From positions 1 to 64,000 of IMG/VR virus record IMGVR_UViG_3300007734_000755: a stretch of 64,000 bases of DNA, one strand, 5' to 3'. Every line of letters starts with the position of its first letter. Position 1 is the first letter of the stretch. Source of the DNA: a virus. The translations under genes and the position numbers were made by a program. This document shows, piece after piece, positions 19,868-28,936 of the stretch. The notes under the pieces are model-generated. The model made no database searches. It was not told the origin of the DNA and was given only the letters and a program-made list of their open reading frames with translations.

Positions 19868-19940
19868 CGAATATATTGGACTCGAACCAACATACAGGAA
19901 ATAACGTTCCTGCTCTTTATCCCTTTGAGCTAATACCTTT
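19868..19940 (-). pseudogene. degenerate tRNA-like sequence
   Basis: D stem GCTC/GAGC, T arm GTTGG-TTCGAGT-CCAAT, arm AGGAA-CGTTAT-TTCCT; weak acceptor stem. Confidence 0.5.
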
Positions 19941-20246
19941 GACTATTTCATAACACGGATTTTTTTCATTAGAATCAGAATAATAATTTAATATTAATCC
20001 ACGCTTTGCCGTAATATATAATTATTAATTTTGATCGGTCAAAACTCACCTAATAAAAAATGTGATATCTAGGATTTCGAAAGAATAAGGAAATTTCTTT
20101 ACTTACATTATGTTTCGAGACTATTATTCTTCTGGCTTTGATGGTAGGGATTTATACTACGCTCCGTGACTTCACAATATAACCATTTTAGTTATAATTC
20201 ATCCAACGAGCTTCATTTTGATACACCATTGCCTATTTCTAGATAT

Positions 20247-20321
20247 TGGAGGTCCGTCACGGAATTGAACCGTGTTCTCCGGGTTACAAATCCGGTGCAT
20301 CGCCAGCAATGCTTACAGACC
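20247..20321 (-). tRNA. tRNA-Thr(TGT)
   Basis: cloverleaf; loop TTTGTAA; encoded CCA. Confidence 0.88.
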
Positions 20322-21423
20322 AAATTCTTCTCTGTACATATTATACGACTGCGACATTATGCTGTCAAGGATCGTTCTGTCTCTAACAACATAGAAGTCT
20401 CCATGCGAGGTTCCGATATAAAAACCGTTTTCAAACCAATTCTTCGTATTGGAGCGCCCTATAGAAAGATTAATTATTCTCTTATTCTTCATTATAAATC
20501 TCATCGAGGTATTCTTTCCAGGATATTCCTGGAAAGAATTTATCAACCCATATGCAATAATATCTTCTATTATCATAAAATGAGATTTCTATTGTTTTCT
20601 TATTTTTCATTAGAGTGCCTATTAAAATATGTAGCCCACGAGAACCCCACGAAAACATTGTTCTCAAAGATTAAATAACGTTGGTAGTTCTTAAAAAAAC
20701 AAAGTTCTATTTTCTTAAGCTCTATTTTCTTAACATTCATTTAATTTTCCATAGAAGTAGTGTTTATATCCCCAATAAACGTACCGCTTATCCGATATTT
20801 CTACACAATAAGTCTCGGCCCTTAAAATAAATATATTAACATATAGTTTTTTCATTACCATCCCCAATCATCGCCAAAACTATAATGAATATAGGGTTCA
20901 TATTCAGGGAACCTTCTAATCTCGGAAGCAACAACTATCTTATTATTAAAGTCATAAAGAGATGGGCGATAGTCTGAATATGCCACTGTGTCTCCATCAC
21001 GCCGGATCGACCATATTCTACCAGAGTAATCAATAATTAACAATATTTGTTTAGTTTTCATTTTAGCCATTCCGAATAATCAATGTCACTTCCGTCAAGA
21101 TGCGTGTGTCGGTACGGGGTTCTAGGCAGTTGATAGGGGCAACCCTCCCTATACTTGGAGAGAGAATAGTCGTACCAATATCTTGCATAAATTATATCTC
21201 TAGGATAAACAACGTTATTTTTTTACTTATCATTGGTTTCTCCACGAATCAACCTTCCGTCGCTCTCTGTTATTTTATAAAGCAGCAGGCCCATATTAAC
21301 CCTCGGTACAGCTATACAATGATACCAGAACCTTCTGGGTGAAAAATTCCTTGGTAAGATAAGAACAACTTTTTTATTCATGTTTTTTGATAAATTTTTG
21401 AATCTATCGTCTCTGTTGTTGGG

Positions 21424-21636
21424 CTATAAATCCCTAACTGGCCTAAGATTAAAACCATCAAGCCATTCGTGCCTAACATATACGCCGTTTATGTAAAAAT
21501 AATTAGCAATAGTTTCCCTCATAGCTGGTAAATCGTTATCCCTGTGAAGGTATCCGTGTTTAGACCATCTATAAACACAATCTCCGCAGTTCTTGCTCAT
21601 TATAGTTAATCTTATTGTTTTACAATTACGAAGCAT
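21424..21636 (-). CDS. LHRDNDLPA-family small protein
   Basis: LHRDNDLPA. Confidence 0.65.
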   Translation of the reverse strand: MLRNCKTIRLTIMSKNCGDCVYRWSKHGYLHRDNDLPAMRETIANYFYINGVYVRHEWLDGFNLRPVRDL

Positions 21637-22258
21637 TCTCGTCCACCGCTGTCCTAATTGAGATAACTTCCATCATTCTGCGCTCCGAACCTAGAATAAA
21701 ATTCCTTGCTCTATTCTCTAGAATAGATAGAACTTCTGATGGGATATCATTGTCAAATTTAATAGTAATGCTTTGTTCAATTCCATGACGGACAGGCCCG
21801 TTGGACAAATCTTCTCTTAACCGATCCTCAACCAGAGAAATTTCATGTTCCAAAGAGGAAATAGATCTTGTAGAAAAAAACCCTTCTCTGATTTTACAAT
21901 TGATAGAATCAATTCTCTCTTCTGCTCTAGCTATGGCTGTTTTTTCATAAGTCTTTAATATTTCATTAGGATCATCATTTTCTTTCCAAACATTTCCAAG
22001 ACAATCATGGAAAAATCCAGGAGTTTCAGAAACAGAAAACGGACTATCATAGTCATTATAACTATCATCATTAGATAAAGCCAAATTCCATGCAAGATGC
22101 GTTCTTATCCATTCAAGAATTTCTGGCGGCATTTCTATTCTAGCTAGATACCCAACGTGCATTGAGTCCCCATATTCATCCCAATGGCCAGTCATATATG
22201 CCGATAATTTTCTGAGAGAACCCATATCACTGGTATTTGTATCTACGATAAAAATCAT
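21626..22258 (-). CDS. hypothetical protein
   Basis: 210-aa ORF. Confidence 0.7.
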   Translation of the reverse strand: MIFIVDTNTSDMGSLRKLSAYMTGHWDEYGDSMHVGYLARIEMPPEILEWIRTHLAWNLALSNDDSYNDYDSPFSVSETPGFFHDCLGNVWKENDDPNEILKTYEKTAIARAEERIDSINCKIREGFFSTRSISSLEHEISLVEDRLREDLSNGPVRHGIEQSITIKFDNDIPSEVLSILENRARNFILGSERRMMEVISIRTAVDENAS

Positions 22259-22289
22259 AATTTTCTCTAATAGATTGTTATTGTTATAG

Positions 22290-22363
22290 TGTGTTGGAAG
22301 GGATTCGAACCCTCAATTACGAGATCCACAATCTCGCGTTCTACCAATTGAACTACCAACACC
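22290..22363 (-). tRNA. tRNA-His(GTG)
   Basis: cloverleaf; loop TTGTGGA; encoded G-1 but A at position 73. Confidence 0.92.
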
Positions 22364-22381
22364 ATCGTGTTATCTAAACGC

Positions 22382-22441
22382 AAGCTCCCTGTTGACAACA
22401 CCATCCTATCAGGGATGTGGGTACTTGTCAACAGGGAGCTT
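22382..22441. promoter_or_regulatory. 17-bp inverted repeat enclosing a minus-strand sigma70 promoter
   Basis: AAGCTCCCTGTTGACAA...TTGTCAACAGGGAGCTT; TTGACA-17-TAGGAT at 22403-22431. Confidence 0.7.
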
Positions 22442-22446
22442 AATTG

Positions 22447-22515
22447 TGGACCGCCTGAGAGTCGAACTCAGCGCGGATTCCGTGCAAGGGATTCCTCCAC
22501 CCCGGTGGGCAGCCC
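22447..22515 (-). tRNA. tRNA-Ala(TGC) with shortened D arm
   Basis: G3:U70 acceptor GGGCTGC/GCGGTCC-A; loop CTTGCAC; D arm CCAC-CGGG-GTGG. Confidence 0.75.
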
Positions 22516-22528
22516 ATATTAAATTGCG

Positions 22529-22600
22529 TCTGCTAGACAGGGATTGAACCTGTGACTTTTCCGCCCCAAACGGAATGTGCTACCGCTGCACTACTAGCAG
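22529..22600 (-). tRNA. tRNA-Pro(TGG)
   Basis: cloverleaf; loop TTTGGGG. Confidence 0.92.
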
Positions 22601-22799
22601 ATATGACCAAGTTGCGTATTGGTCTCGCCTGTTTCTCTTACAAGAAGAAACATTTTGTGCCGTCTACTCAGCTGAAGGTAACTATACCCTTGTAAAATAT
22701 ATACCTTACCCCTTTCAACAGTTTACACGCCAGTTTATTGTGACCCAGTCCGGTGTACAACCGAAAGGCCATGCAACAACTTGGATAAATTCTTTGTTA

Positions 22800-23306
22800 T
22801 TAAACTTCCCAGGGTTTCGGCTCAAAGGAGCCGGAATCCATCATATGGATAATTTGCTCCAGTCGTTCTCTTTCCCGTACCAGAGATCTCATAACCAACT
22901 TCTTTTGTTTCGAAAGCTTCATCCACCACTCAGGTTGATGTTCCTCAACAAGAGTCTTAATTGCGTTCTGTTGGATATCCTCAATCACCTGACGATAAAC
23001 TCCCTTCTCTGCCGAGTTCCGCTCAACAGAGCGAAGAAACGTCCGCTTATTCATTCTACCCTCAGAAATAAGTCTGCCGGTCTTCTTAACAAACCGCTCC
23101 TGAGGAGCCGAGAATGCCCCGCCAAACTCATAGGAAATCTTATCCTCATCGCTCTTTACCACTCGAAACGCTACGGTGATATGGGCATTTGAGCCCGGCC
23201 AAAAGGCATCTCTAACATAATAAAACTTTGTACCTGAATCCCAACTCTTAGTCATCTTTACCATCCTTCTTATGTGCCGTAGCACGTTGTTTATTTTATC
23301 ATACAC
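22800..23306 (-). CDS. hypothetical protein (start uncertain)
   Basis: long ORF with GC-richer codons. Confidence 0.65.
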   Translation of the reverse strand: MYDKINNVLRHIRRMVKMTKSWDSGTKFYYVRDAFWPGSNAHITVAFRVVKSDEDKISYEFGGAFSAPQERFVKKTGRLISEGRMNKRTFLRSVERNSAEKGVYRQVIEDIQQNAIKTLVEEHQPEWWMKLSKQKKLVMRSLVRERERLEQIIHMMDSGSFEPKPWEV

Positions 23307-23380
23307 ACTAAGTCATTATACTTGATAATCTTCTCGCACATGAAAGATTTCCTAATTCTGTTAGGAATTTTTAATTCTTT

Positions 23381-23707
23381 TCACAACTCCACCCAAAAGC
23401 GTAAATCAGCAGCATGTTCTGTTAAGATTTGCTTGATTTCATCATCAGATTTATCAGCAAGTTCTATCGTATCCTCGTCGGTTAGCCAAAATTCTTTGAA
23501 TAACAGAAGCTCTTCTTTAGAAGAGACTTCTTCTTCTTCTGGCCAATAAACAAACACCACATTATAGTCAAGACAATTGTGTTTTCTAATAGCTTTCCAC
23601 AACCTATCTCTATTAAACTCCTGAGGATATTTCTCCTCAAGAAATTCAACACAGCTCCTATAATCATAGGTGTTATTTAACACAACAGTATATTCCGGCT
23701 TATTCAT
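23381..23707 (-). CDS. hypothetical protein
   Basis: ORF preceded by repeated AAGGAATAT. Confidence 0.65.
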   Translation of the reverse strand: MNKPEYTVVLNNTYDYRSCVEFLEEKYPQEFNRDRLWKAIRKHNCLDYNVVFVYWPEEEEVSSKEELLLFKEFWLTDEDTIELADKSDDEIKQILTEHAADLRFWVEL

Positions 23708-23761
23708 TTTATTCCTTATATTCCTTATATTCCTTATTTATTTTTCTTTTACTTCACGCAG

Positions 23762-23833
23762 AGCGGATAACAGGAATTGAACCTGCGTATAAGAGGTTGG
23801 AAACCTCCCGCGTTACCACTACGCTATATCCGC
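23762..23833 (-). tRNA. tRNA-Gly(TCC)
   Basis: cloverleaf; loop TTTCCAA. Confidence 0.92.
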
Positions 23834-23855
23834 CTATCTACTTGGCTACCTCTCT

Positions 23856-23884
23856 AGTATAGGTCACTAGGTCATTTGTGTCAA
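23856..23884 (-). promoter_or_regulatory. sigma70-type promoter for tRNA-Gly
   Basis: TTGACA-17-TATACT. Confidence 0.75.
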
Positions 23885-23893
23885 CTTCGATTG

Positions 23894-24391
23894 TTATCTT
23901 TTCCCACCCTGGATTACTCTAAAATTTCTTCGTCGAGCTTCCGGAGTCAAATTCTTCTTTGGCTGTTCGGTTTCTTTTAGCTCACCTTGATCTGTGACGA
24001 TTTGATTCTTGGCATCTCCAATTGCATAGACCGCACTCCAAGGGATAACACACCGGAAAGGCCTTCCTCTAAAGGAGAGGGTTGCGACTACCTGCTTATC
24101 ATCGAATTCGAAATCGGCTATATTGTATCGATAAGAGAAAGATAACACAAGAGATTGTTGATTCTTACAATCGTCGGGAACACAAACTCCGTCAACTCTA
24201 GCATCGAAATGCAGATGCGCTATTCCTTCTCTTAGGAAGAACTCAAAAAGCTTTCGCTTCTCAAGGTTGGTTGCATCTGTATCTTCCACTGAGTGGGTTT
24301 CCATCCCCGCTAAAATAGCGTTAAGCCTCGAGTAAGTAACAAGACCTAGAAAATTTGCTAATTTCTCAAATATTTCCTTAAGATTTCTCAT
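23894..24391 (-). CDS. sspB: SspB-like ClpXP adaptor
   Basis: HFDARVDGVCVP...LVLSFS...ATLSFRGRPFRCVIPWSAVYAI core and C-terminal FRVIQGGK tail. Confidence 0.8.
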   Translation of the reverse strand: MRNLKEIFEKLANFLGLVTYSRLNAILAGMETHSVEDTDATNLEKRKLFEFFLREGIAHLHFDARVDGVCVPDDCKNQQSLVLSFSYRYNIADFEFDDKQVVATLSFRGRPFRCVIPWSAVYAIGDAKNQIVTDQGELKETEQPKKNLTPEARRRNFRVIQGGKR

Positions 24392-24950
24392 TTTTCTCTC
24401 CGAGAGAAGCGATTAATTCCTCAAAAGTTCTTGGCCTAAAATCTCTTACATCAACTCCAACATTGATAAACCTTTTTCTAGCACAAAAGGCATCGTGTTT
24501 TTCCTTGTGGTCACTTCTATCGTCTGCCGGGATAACATCCCCGACATTCTTTTCCGCCCAGGCATCGTGAACGTGGCCACAAAACACAAAATCAGTTTCG
24601 CTATTAGCGTGTGATGGATTGTGGACAAGTTCAATACTTTTTCCACCAATCTCTAAAATCTTGTTGGGCAATACAGTTTCAAACGATTCAAGACACTTCT
24701 TGTGGTCGTGATTTCCTCTAATAAGGATTAGAGTCCCGTTAAGCCTAGATAGGATTCCCGAAATCTTTGTTCTATCTCCCATAGCAAAATCACCAAGGTG
24801 ATAAACTGTATCCTCTGGCGAGACAATTTCATTCCAATTCTTAATTAGAATCTCGTTCATGTGACTGATTGAGTCAAAGGGACGCTTACAATATACAATG
24901 ATATTGTCGTGGTTGAAGTGGGTATCGCTTGTGAAGAATGTCTTGCTCAT
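24378..24950 (-). CDS. calcineurin-like metallophosphoesterase
   Basis: SDTHFNH, LGDF, GNHD, GHVH, INVGVD. Confidence 0.9.
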   Translation of the reverse strand: MSKTFFTSDTHFNHDNIIVYCKRPFDSISHMNEILIKNWNEIVSPEDTVYHLGDFAMGDRTKISGILSRLNGTLILIRGNHDHKKCLESFETVLPNKILEIGGKSIELVHNPSHANSETDFVFCGHVHDAWAEKNVGDVIPADDRSDHKEKHDAFCARKRFINVGVDVRDFRPRTFEELIASLGEKNEKS

Positions 24951-25109
24951 CTATTGCAACTCGTTGAGTAAATTATTTGTTCCATCATTCTGTTCTGCCT
25001 CTCCAGAGACTTGATTCTACTAGTGTGATCGATTCCTGTCAAGAAGAGCGATGTCAGCAGAAACATTAAAGACAGGAACAAAAATACAATTAAGGCTCTG
25101 TCGCGTTTC

Positions 25110-25138
25110 ATAATAACACTATTTCCTGGCGCTGTCAA
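25110..25138 (-). promoter_or_regulatory. sigma70-type promoter
   Basis: TTGACA-17-TATTAT. Confidence 0.55.
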
Positions 25139-25475
25139 CCAGCACAATAAGTCTGTTTTTTAGATCCTGAAGCTCCTTCAACCCAAAGGTTCCTGGGTTT
25201 CCCTCGCTACCCTCTGCTCTGTCTAGAATTTCATTAAGAGCCTTTACTGTTGAAAGGACTCCGGCATCATTTCCTCTCCACCAAGCCGCATGAGCAAAAT
25301 CGGTTCCATCGTAAAAAGGATCGTCATCAAGACGGGCGCAACTGCGCTCCGCGCATAGCTTTTTGCTGCTCCACGAATCGCAATGATGACAGAAAAAATC
25401 ACTGCTTCTAAGTTCAGTATCACGAGTTTCCTTCCCACAGACATCACACACACAAATATTTATTGAATCTTTCAT
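25119..25475 (-). CDS. Cys-rich hypothetical protein
   Basis: two CxxC plus DGTDFAHAAWWRG motif. Confidence 0.65.
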   Translation of the reverse strand: MKDSINICVCDVCGKETRDTELRSSDFFCHHCDSWSSKKLCAERSCARLDDDPFYDGTDFAHAAWWRGNDAGVLSTVKALNEILDRAEGSEGNPGTFGLKELQDLKNRLIVLVDSARK

Positions 25476-25500
25476 TTTTTTTCCCGTTCATTATTAATAA

Positions 25501-25794
25501 GAGAGAAACATTGTGCTGTTACGCCAAAATGTCGGGTAGCCTTCGGTCACAAGTGACTTTCTCTGACACGGCAAGCCCTGGTTAATTCCCGGGTTCTTAC
25601 TGCCTCTCAGCGGATAATATCCGTCGTCTCGACCCGTCAAGTCTGTCCATTAACTAATGGAGTTAGCAAACAAATAAGGTCTTTCATACAGCCTCAAGAA
25701 ACACTTGTTATCCAACTGTATTACTATTCAAAACGGATTCTGGAACATACTCATTATAGGATGGCTGCCTCTAAGCCCACCTCTTGGTTCTCTC
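25501..25794 (-). ncRNA. structured RNA containing a split 23S rRNA L11-binding domain (H43/H44) mimic
   Basis: CCAAGAGGTGGGCTTAGAGGCAGCCATCCTATAATGAGT (25787-25749) and GCGTAACAGCAC (25524-25513); terminal stem GAGAGAAC/GTTTCTCTC. Confidence 0.8.
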
Positions 25795-25795
25795 G

Positions 25796-26253
25796 TTAAT
25801 TTAAAGAAACCACCAGTTGTTGCTGTCGTCTGGATTCTTCATGGTTAACCTTGTCCTGCTCCGCCGCCCACGCGGCGAGCACTGCTTGTTGCAGTTCGCG
25901 CAGAAGTGCCCTATCGCGTGGTGGGTACGGGATACGCCCGACATCAACACCCCAAAAGTCGTGCAACTCCATCATTTCGCGACTGTACCAATGCCACCGC
26001 AGACCAGCCGCTCTAGCCCTCTGCTCCAGTGACACCGTGCAGTCGCAGGGGTTGTGCCAGCAGACGCCGCAGACCGTGCCGCCGCCAGTCGATCCAGCAG
26101 GGCAAGCACCGTCGCGGGTGAGGCCACACCCAGATACCTACAGTCGGTGATGTGATCATCACCACCCTGAATTAAGCGGCGAAAGTCGCGCCACGGCAAA
26201 CGGTTGGCGTTCGCCGCCTGCGCCAAGCGGCGCAGTTCTTCAGTATTAACCAT
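25796..26253 (-). CDS. GC-rich pair of ORFs; 25972..26253 is Ead/Ea22-like
   Basis: EELRRLAQAA...ASPATVLALLDRL motif; abrupt rise in GC content. Confidence 0.6.
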
Positions 26254-26288
26254 GTTCTCCTCACATAAAAAATGTTAATCTATATTCT

Positions 26289-26376
26289 TGGTGCGCCCTG
26301 GAGGAATTGAACCTCAACGACACCACCAACCTAGTTTAGTCAAAGGCTTATAAGACCCCCGGTTGGAGCAAGGCGC
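26289..26376 (-). ncRNA. D-armless tRNA-Ile(TAT)-like RNA with encoded CCA
   Basis: acceptor GCGCCTT/AGGGCGC-ACCA; loop CTTATAA; T loop TTCAATT; CCAACC pairs with GGTTGG instead of a D arm. Confidence 0.75.
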
Positions 26377-26397
26377 ATTCTCTCTTTCAACAACTTC

Positions 26398-26426
26398 ATC
26401 ATAGCAGGCTCTGGGTTGGGAGTCAA
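26398..26426 (-). promoter_or_regulatory. sigma70-type promoter
   Basis: TTGACT-17-TATGAT directly upstream of the tRNA-Ile(TAT)-like gene. Confidence 0.7.
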
Positions 26427-26543
26427 CCAGTGGCTTAACATATATAAGACCTATACAATCCGTTCTCTCGTACAAAACTTCCATTAATAAACCAACAAAA
26501 TACTCGCTTTCCACGCCCAAGATATATTGGCTTTATATCTAGG

Positions 26544-27244
26544 CTAACCTTCTTTACCCTCTTGTACAGATTGTTTTCCTGCTTCATAGCCTTCCTCGTA
26601 GCCTCGATCAAATTCATCGGGGTCTTTATCCCGATACCCACTGTCGTATCCATTATCGTATCCACTTTCGGAACCTCTTTCGTATTGGTCATCGGCATGT
26701 TCGGATATTGCATCCGAAAGAGTCTTTATCGTGTACCTCTTATGCAACGATACAATCTCACCTACGATAGTTGGATATTCTCTGTCGTCCACTGTCTGGT
26801 TTGAATTTAGAATAACTATTTCATCTAAAGCATCTTCCTCTTCAAGAAATATCTTATCGAATCTTGGATGTGAATAAGAAAGTATAACCCATAGGTTTTC
26901 CGAATTAATCATTGAGTGCTCCTTTATTTTTCCTCGTCCCTTCCACTGTCATATCCATCACTATATCCACTGTCATAGGCCCGCTCTCTTGCGGTATCTT
27001 CACACCTTTCGATTTCGTAGTCTATTGCGAGTTTTAGTATCATTGGAACAAATTTATTTTGCTCCTTAAAGATATCTTCTCTTAGAGAGGATCTCCACTT
27101 ATTATTCAACTCTGTTGCTTCTTCAATGGCATCGTTTTCATCGAAAAAAACTTTATCATCCATTATTTCGCCACGATCCAATATCGTCCACAACTCATTA
27201 AGGTTTAGCATCGTATTCCTCAACCCATATTTCGTTATGACCAT
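26544..27244 (-). CDS. tandem paralogs with acidic YxxGY-repeat tails (26544..26912, 26924..27244)
   Basis: shared LW.IL...DK(I/V)F..E.DA..E...LN N-terminus and GYDxGY repeats. Confidence 0.7.
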
Positions 27245-27518
27245 CCCAAAGATAAGTCTGGTTCTTACATAAGATTTCGTCCCAAGAAGTGCGCTTATAA
27301 ATTTGATTAAATTTATAATACTCTGATTCCTTTCCTAGGAAAGAAATGTAGGCTGGCCCGATATCTCGGTGAAGATCACCGTTCCGATACCACGATAGGT
27401 CCCCGTCAAGATAAATAAAGGCCGGAAGATCGTTGTCTCTATGGAGACAGCCGTTTTTTTTCCAGAAACGAAGAGAATCAAAATTCTGAGTGAACTCTAT
27501 TTTCTTTAAGGTTCCCAT
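27198..27518 (-). CDS. LHRDNDLPA-family protein
   Basis: LHRDNDLPA and LHRDIGPA. Confidence 0.7.
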   Translation of the reverse strand: MGTLKKIEFTQNFDSLRFWKKNGCLHRDNDLPAFIYLDGDLSWYRNGDLHRDIGPAYISFLGKESEYYKFNQIYKRTSWDEILCKNQTYLWDGHNEIWVEEYDAKP

Positions 27519-27528
27519 CTGTCCCTAC

Positions 27529-28257
27529 CTAAATCTCGATAATTAAATTATCCTCAAATTCTTTATTCAAGATATAATTTTGATAACCATATGGATTACA
27601 GACAATTCTTGTATTTCCAAGAAGATAATCTCTGCTAGAGTGGGTATGTCCGTGACACCACAGAGAGGGTTTCTTTTCAAGAATTGTCTTCTCCATGTTA
27701 CAAACATAATAACAGTTTAACGCGCTCTTAATGAATTCTTGAGGCATATGTCTGTCTGATGGGAGATGGTGGGAGATAACAATATCTCCATCTTGAATAT
27801 CCTTCTTAAAGAAGGAAATGGCCATTCTGTTCCACCTGTAGACTTCATCCTTAAAGTTCCCCTCGATAACAGTGAAATCATTTAACAGCCTTCTTAAGAC
27901 TCTACTTTCTGCCGTATCTCTAAACCACATTGTGGAACCAAGGAATCTCTTACCGCCTATCTCGGCAATACTATTGTGAAGCCAGTGCAGGTTTGGAAGT
28001 TCTCTAGAAATATCGTCTCGAATCTTTGATAGAGATAAGAAATCTATACCGTACAGTTCATGATTCCCATGAACATAAACCACATCTCGAAATTTCTTAC
28101 ACAGAATTCTTAATACCGAGCTAAGATATGGCGAGGTTCCTAGGTCTCCTGGAATAACAAGAACATCAATCCCCGCGGGGTCTTGACTTTCAGCCCATTT
28201 TTTTCCATGGTCTTTGTGAAATTCAACATGAATATCACTAACAACTTTAATTTTCAT
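27529..28257 (-). CDS. calcineurin-like metallophosphoesterase
   Basis: SDIHVEF, PGDL, GNHELY, HHLP, HGHTH, CNPYGY. Confidence 0.9.
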   Translation of the reverse strand: MKIKVVSDIHVEFHKDHGKKWAESQDPAGIDVLVIPGDLGTSPYLSSVLRILCKKFRDVVYVHGNHELYGIDFLSLSKIRDDISRELPNLHWLHNSIAEIGGKRFLGSTMWFRDTAESRVLRRLLNDFTVIEGNFKDEVYRWNRMAISFFKKDIQDGDIVISHHLPSDRHMPQEFIKSALNCYYVCNMEKTILEKKPSLWCHGHTHSSRDYLLGNTRIVCNPYGYQNYILNKEFEDNLIIEI

Positions 28258-28322
28258 TTTCTTAACGACCTGCGCGCCTCTCTACTAGGGCATAGGTAGT
28301 GTACCTTGGTCGTGAGTAGTGG

Positions 28323-28927
28323 TCAAGTAGGGTTGTTTTCTTTCTTAACTGCTTCGCTTAATGCCTCAATAAACCAGGCATCAAACTTTTCCTTAGAAAA
28401 TTCAGTCAAGCCTTCTAATTCACAAAATAACTCAATAAATTCATCGCTCAGCTCCAAATTAACATTGGCTGAACCATCTTCATTATCTACAACATCAATA
28501 ACCTTAATCGTTGGCAATTCCATTTTCTCTCTCCTTAACAATATGTTGGGAATATAACCCAACCCGGATTATACTCTTCTAGACCAAACAACTTACAAAA
28601 ATCTAGCATTGCAGCTTCATATTTATTTTCTTTTTCTGCACACTCCTGGATGTTTACTCCATCCAGGATGGAGCAACACTGAGAAGATTCGAGAACCGCA
28701 ATAACATATGGGTCGTCGTCATCTCCGTATGCCGTATTCATACAAATCATTTCCATGATACAGTTGTCTCTTAATATTCCTTCCTGACTATTAAGCCAAT
28801 CATGGATTCCTAATTCTTCTTCCTCATCTTCAATAAGACAACTTTCCCAAGGAAAACGCTCTTCTCGTTTATGATAAGGATGCACCGTGATCCCGTATGC
28901 AATAGTGCAATCTAATGATCGACCCAT
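28323..28927 (-). CDS. two hypothetical proteins (28323..28562, 28535..28927)
   Basis: ORF track. Confidence 0.55.
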
Positions 28928-28936
28928 TTTTATTTC

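Noticed and set aside
19900-21420. Stop-codon recoding suggested by interrupted mini-ORFs and a UUA-loop tRNA-like element
   Set aside because: Conserved genes (dnaE, thyX, groEL, dut) are full length in code 11 and all three stops are used normally
25540-25610. Hammerhead ribozyme or glycine riboswitch inside the insert (CTGAGA...GAAA; AGAGA...CCGAAGG)
   Set aside because: CUGANGA core is not matched and the CUCUCAGG element of glycine aptamers is absent
25501-25794. True 23S rRNA gene or host contamination
   Set aside because: Only ~55 nt resemble rRNA, split by a non-rRNA insert and flanked by phage genes
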